This document shows positions 62,090 through 64,000 of a stretch of 64,000 nucleotides of DNA, piece by piece. The notes beneath the pieces were generated by a model. It was not told the DNA's origin. It saw nothing but the letters and a program-made list of their open reading frames with translations, and did no database searches. Both the position numbers and the translations under genes were made by a program. Source of the DNA: Planctomycetota bacterium (lineage in GTDB: Bacteria > Planctomycetota > UBA1135 > UBA2386); NCBI GenBank assembly GCA_046290465.1, contig JBKAGP010000001.1, positions 5,216,001-5,280,000 of the forward strand, in the 5' to 3' direction. How positions within the stretch are numbered: the first letter of the stretch is position 1; every line of letters starts with the position of its first letter.

Positions 62090-62608
62090 TCACACCGCCA
62101 TGCCCGGCTCGCTGCCGGGCAGCCGCGGCTCGAGCGCCAGCGGGTCGTGGTGCAGCAGCTGTCGCGCGCGTCGCGAGATCGACGTCAGCGAGCGGCGGAA
62201 GTCGCGCGGCTCCATGCCGCACTGGCGGGCTGCGGCGCGCGTCGTGTTGCAGCTGATCGCCGCCCGGAACGCCTCGCGCTGCCGCGGCGTCAGCACCGGC
62301 TCGAGGTTCTCGCGCACCCAGCTGCTCTGGTCGGCGGGAGCCGCGTAGGTGCGCGGCCTGCCCTCGACGTGGTCGAGGTCCATCGCCTGGGTGCGGGCCC
62401 ATTCGGAGCGCAGGATCGCGCACGCCGAGCGCCGCGCGACCGTGCGCAGCCAGGCCTTGGGGCACTGCGGCACCGAGCCTTCGAGCACGGCCAGGGTCAG
62501 CTGGTGGATGGCGCGCTCGGACGCCTCCTCGGCCAGGACCGGGCTCCGGACGACTTGCGAAGCGGCCCGGTAGGCGACGGGCAGCAGCGAATGTGGGTCT
62601 TGCAGCAT
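62090..62608 (-). CDS. Divergent ECF-type sigma factor-like protein
   Basis: LAEEASE..., AWLRTVARR (sigma2-like); LTPRQRE...HTH (sigma4-like). Confidence 0.6.
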   Translation of the reverse strand: MLQDPHSLLPVAYRAASQVVRSPVLAEEASERAIHQLTLAVLEGSVPQCPKAWLRTVARRSACAILRSEWARTQAMDLDHVEGRPRTYAAPADQSSWVRENLEPVLTPRQREAFRAAISCNTTRAAARQCGMEPRDFRRSLTSISRRARQLLHHDPLALEPRLPGSEPGMAV

Positions 62609-62828
62609 GGGCGTTCTTTCCAGGGAGGCTTGCGTCCGACAGAGATGGTGGACTGCCGATCGGAACTCTGGCGTGCCGTTCTGTCAAGTTTCCTGATGTG
62701 CAAACAAGCTGCGGATCAGGCTCGAAGAATGCGCATGCGTCGCGGCGAACGGCCCTACTTACGTTCGTCGTGGCCACTTGCCACAATGGATGCGTAAGGC
62801 GGGGCGGCACCACCCTCGCCTGCCCATT

Positions 62829-63329
62829 GTGACGGAACAACCTCAACAACCCGCGTCGCGCACCGCCGACGCTCCTCGTCCTCTCGCGACGCACCTCGCC
62901 GCACGCCTCCGCGAACTCCGCGCGCGCCGCGGCTTCACCCAGGATCACGTGGCCAAGCGCCTCGGCTGCCATGAGTCGGCCGTGTCGCGTTGGGAGAGCG
63001 GCAGCCGCTTCCCGACCGGCGAGGACCTGGTCGCGCTCGCCGACCTGTTCGAGGTCAGCACCGACGACCTGCTCGGTCGCGGACGTCAGTATGCGACCGG
63101 GGGATCGGCCCTGGTCGACATGCGCCTGCTCGAGAAGCTCGCATCGGCCGAGACCACCGAGCAGTTCGACGCGATGATCCAGGAGCACGAAGAGCAGGCG
63201 GTCTGGCTGCCGGTGCCCGAGGGATCGGTGCTGGTGCCGGTGGCCGAGGCGATGCGCTGGGCGCGCAAGGTCGCCGAGAAGCACAAGGACAGCCGCTACG
63301 TCGACCGCCTGTTCCGCCCGCGCGGCTGA
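62829..63329 (+). CDS. XRE-family HTH transcriptional regulator
   Basis: RLRELR...TQ..VA..LG...SAVSRWESG..P...LADLFEVSTDDLLG; start uncertain (GTG 62829). Confidence 0.9.
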   Translation: MTEQPQQPASRTADAPRPLATHLAARLRELRARRGFTQDHVAKRLGCHESAVSRWESGSRFPTGEDLVALADLFEVSTDDLLGRGRQYATGGSALVDMRLLEKLASAETTEQFDAMIQEHEEQAVWLPVPEGSVLVPVAEAMRWARKVAEKHKDSRYVDRLFRPRG

Positions 63330-63413
63330 GTCGCGACGCGGCGTTTGCCGGTCCCCGCGTTCGCCCGCAAAGTAGCGGTGCCCGGCGCGATCTGCGGCCT
63401 ATGCTGCGCGCCG

Positions 63414-63869
63414 ATGAAGGTGTTCCTCGACATCGACGGCGTGCTGCTCGGCACCGACCGCACCCGCGCGAGCCGGGCGGCGCTGGCCGACCACGCAGGT
63501 GACTTCCTCGAGTTCGCGCTGCGGCACTGCAGCGTGTTCTGGCTGTCGGACCTGAGCCGCGGTGGCGCTGCGGCCGCCCTGCAACACGTCGTGCGGCACA
63601 CGCCGATGAGCGAACGCGAACGGCTGATGTCGCTGGGCAGCAAGGTCCAGGCGACGCGCTTCGAGACCCACAAGGTCGAGGCGCTGCCGCAGGTCGACGA
63701 GCCGTTCGTGTGGCTGGACGACGGGCCGTCGGGTCCGGAGCTGGATTGGCTGCGCCAGCGCGGCTGGCTCGATCGGTGGTTGTGGGTGGACACCCGCGAG
63801 GAGCCGGAGGATCTGCTGCGCGCGAAGCGCTGGCTGCAGCAGCGTCTCGAACTCGCCGCCGGCTCCTGA
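63414..63869 (+). CDS. HAD-superfamily protein (Swiss-army-knife RNA-repair-like HAD)
   Basis: VFLDIDGVL, WLS, K, FVWLDD; capless, about 150 aa. Confidence 0.75.
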   Translation: MKVFLDIDGVLLGTDRTRASRAALADHAGDFLEFALRHCSVFWLSDLSRGGAAAALQHVVRHTPMSERERLMSLGSKVQATRFETHKVEALPQVDEPFVWLDDGPSGPELDWLRQRGWLDRWLWVDTREEPEDLLRAKRWLQQRLELAAGS

Positions 63870-63885
63870 GCCAGCTCCGAGGTCG

Positions 63886-64000
63886 CTACTGCTGCAGGCG
63901 CGCGCAGATCGCCTTGGTGAACGCGGCGGTGTCGAGCGCGCCGCCGAGGTCGGCGGTCGCCTCACCGGCTGCGATCGCGCCGCGAACGGCCTCGTCAAGC
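63886..64000 (-). CDS. C-terminus of isocitrate/isopropylmalate dehydrogenase family protein (partial)
   Basis: Own translation ...GEATADLGGALDTAAFTKAICARLQQ*; T.DLGG...T..F is the family C-terminal motif. Confidence 0.75.
   Translation of the reverse strand, partial: LDEAVRGAIAAGEATADLGGALDTAAFTKAICARLQQ

Noticed and set aside
62090..63869. Prophage immunity region
   Set aside because: No structural, replication or integrase genes; flanked by ordinary chromosomal genes

Overview
Very GC-rich bacterial chromosome segment, most likely Planctomycetota (inferred from the DUF1549/DUF1553 + DUF1501 pair, the PVC-type CxxCH/HEAT protein and an ECF sigma factor with a long C-terminal extension). 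All calls are by eye, with no database searches. It carries about 50 CDS and tRNA-Gly(GCC). Housekeeping genes include thiD, a long-chain acyl-CoA ligase, pyrC, mqnD, trkA/trkH, an FprA-like reductase and a THUMP RNA methyltransferase. There is a complete che operon (cheA-cheW-PAS MCP-cheY-cheB-cheR-cheX) headed by a SMI1/KNR4 gene, plus many secreted or lipoproteins. No CRISPR array, integrase, transposase or prophage was seen. Best leads: (1) an ~85-bp hairpin-rich element in 3 copies, bounded by (C/T)TAG-like motifs that coincide with stop codons; (2) a membrane-spanning ECF sigma factor whose extracytoplasmic part has a CxxCH heme motif, next to a PVC-type heme protein; (3) a soluble chemoreceptor combining two FAD-type PAS domains with an Aer2-like heme PAS, in an operon preceded by two orphan immunity-like genes; (4) a VLRF1 (Vms1-like) release-factor homologue; (5) a window-wide signature of leaderless mRNAs; (6) a sigma54 promoter with tandem enhancer-like palindromes upstream of a multi-BON gene; (7) a 156-bp MITE-like inverted repeat.
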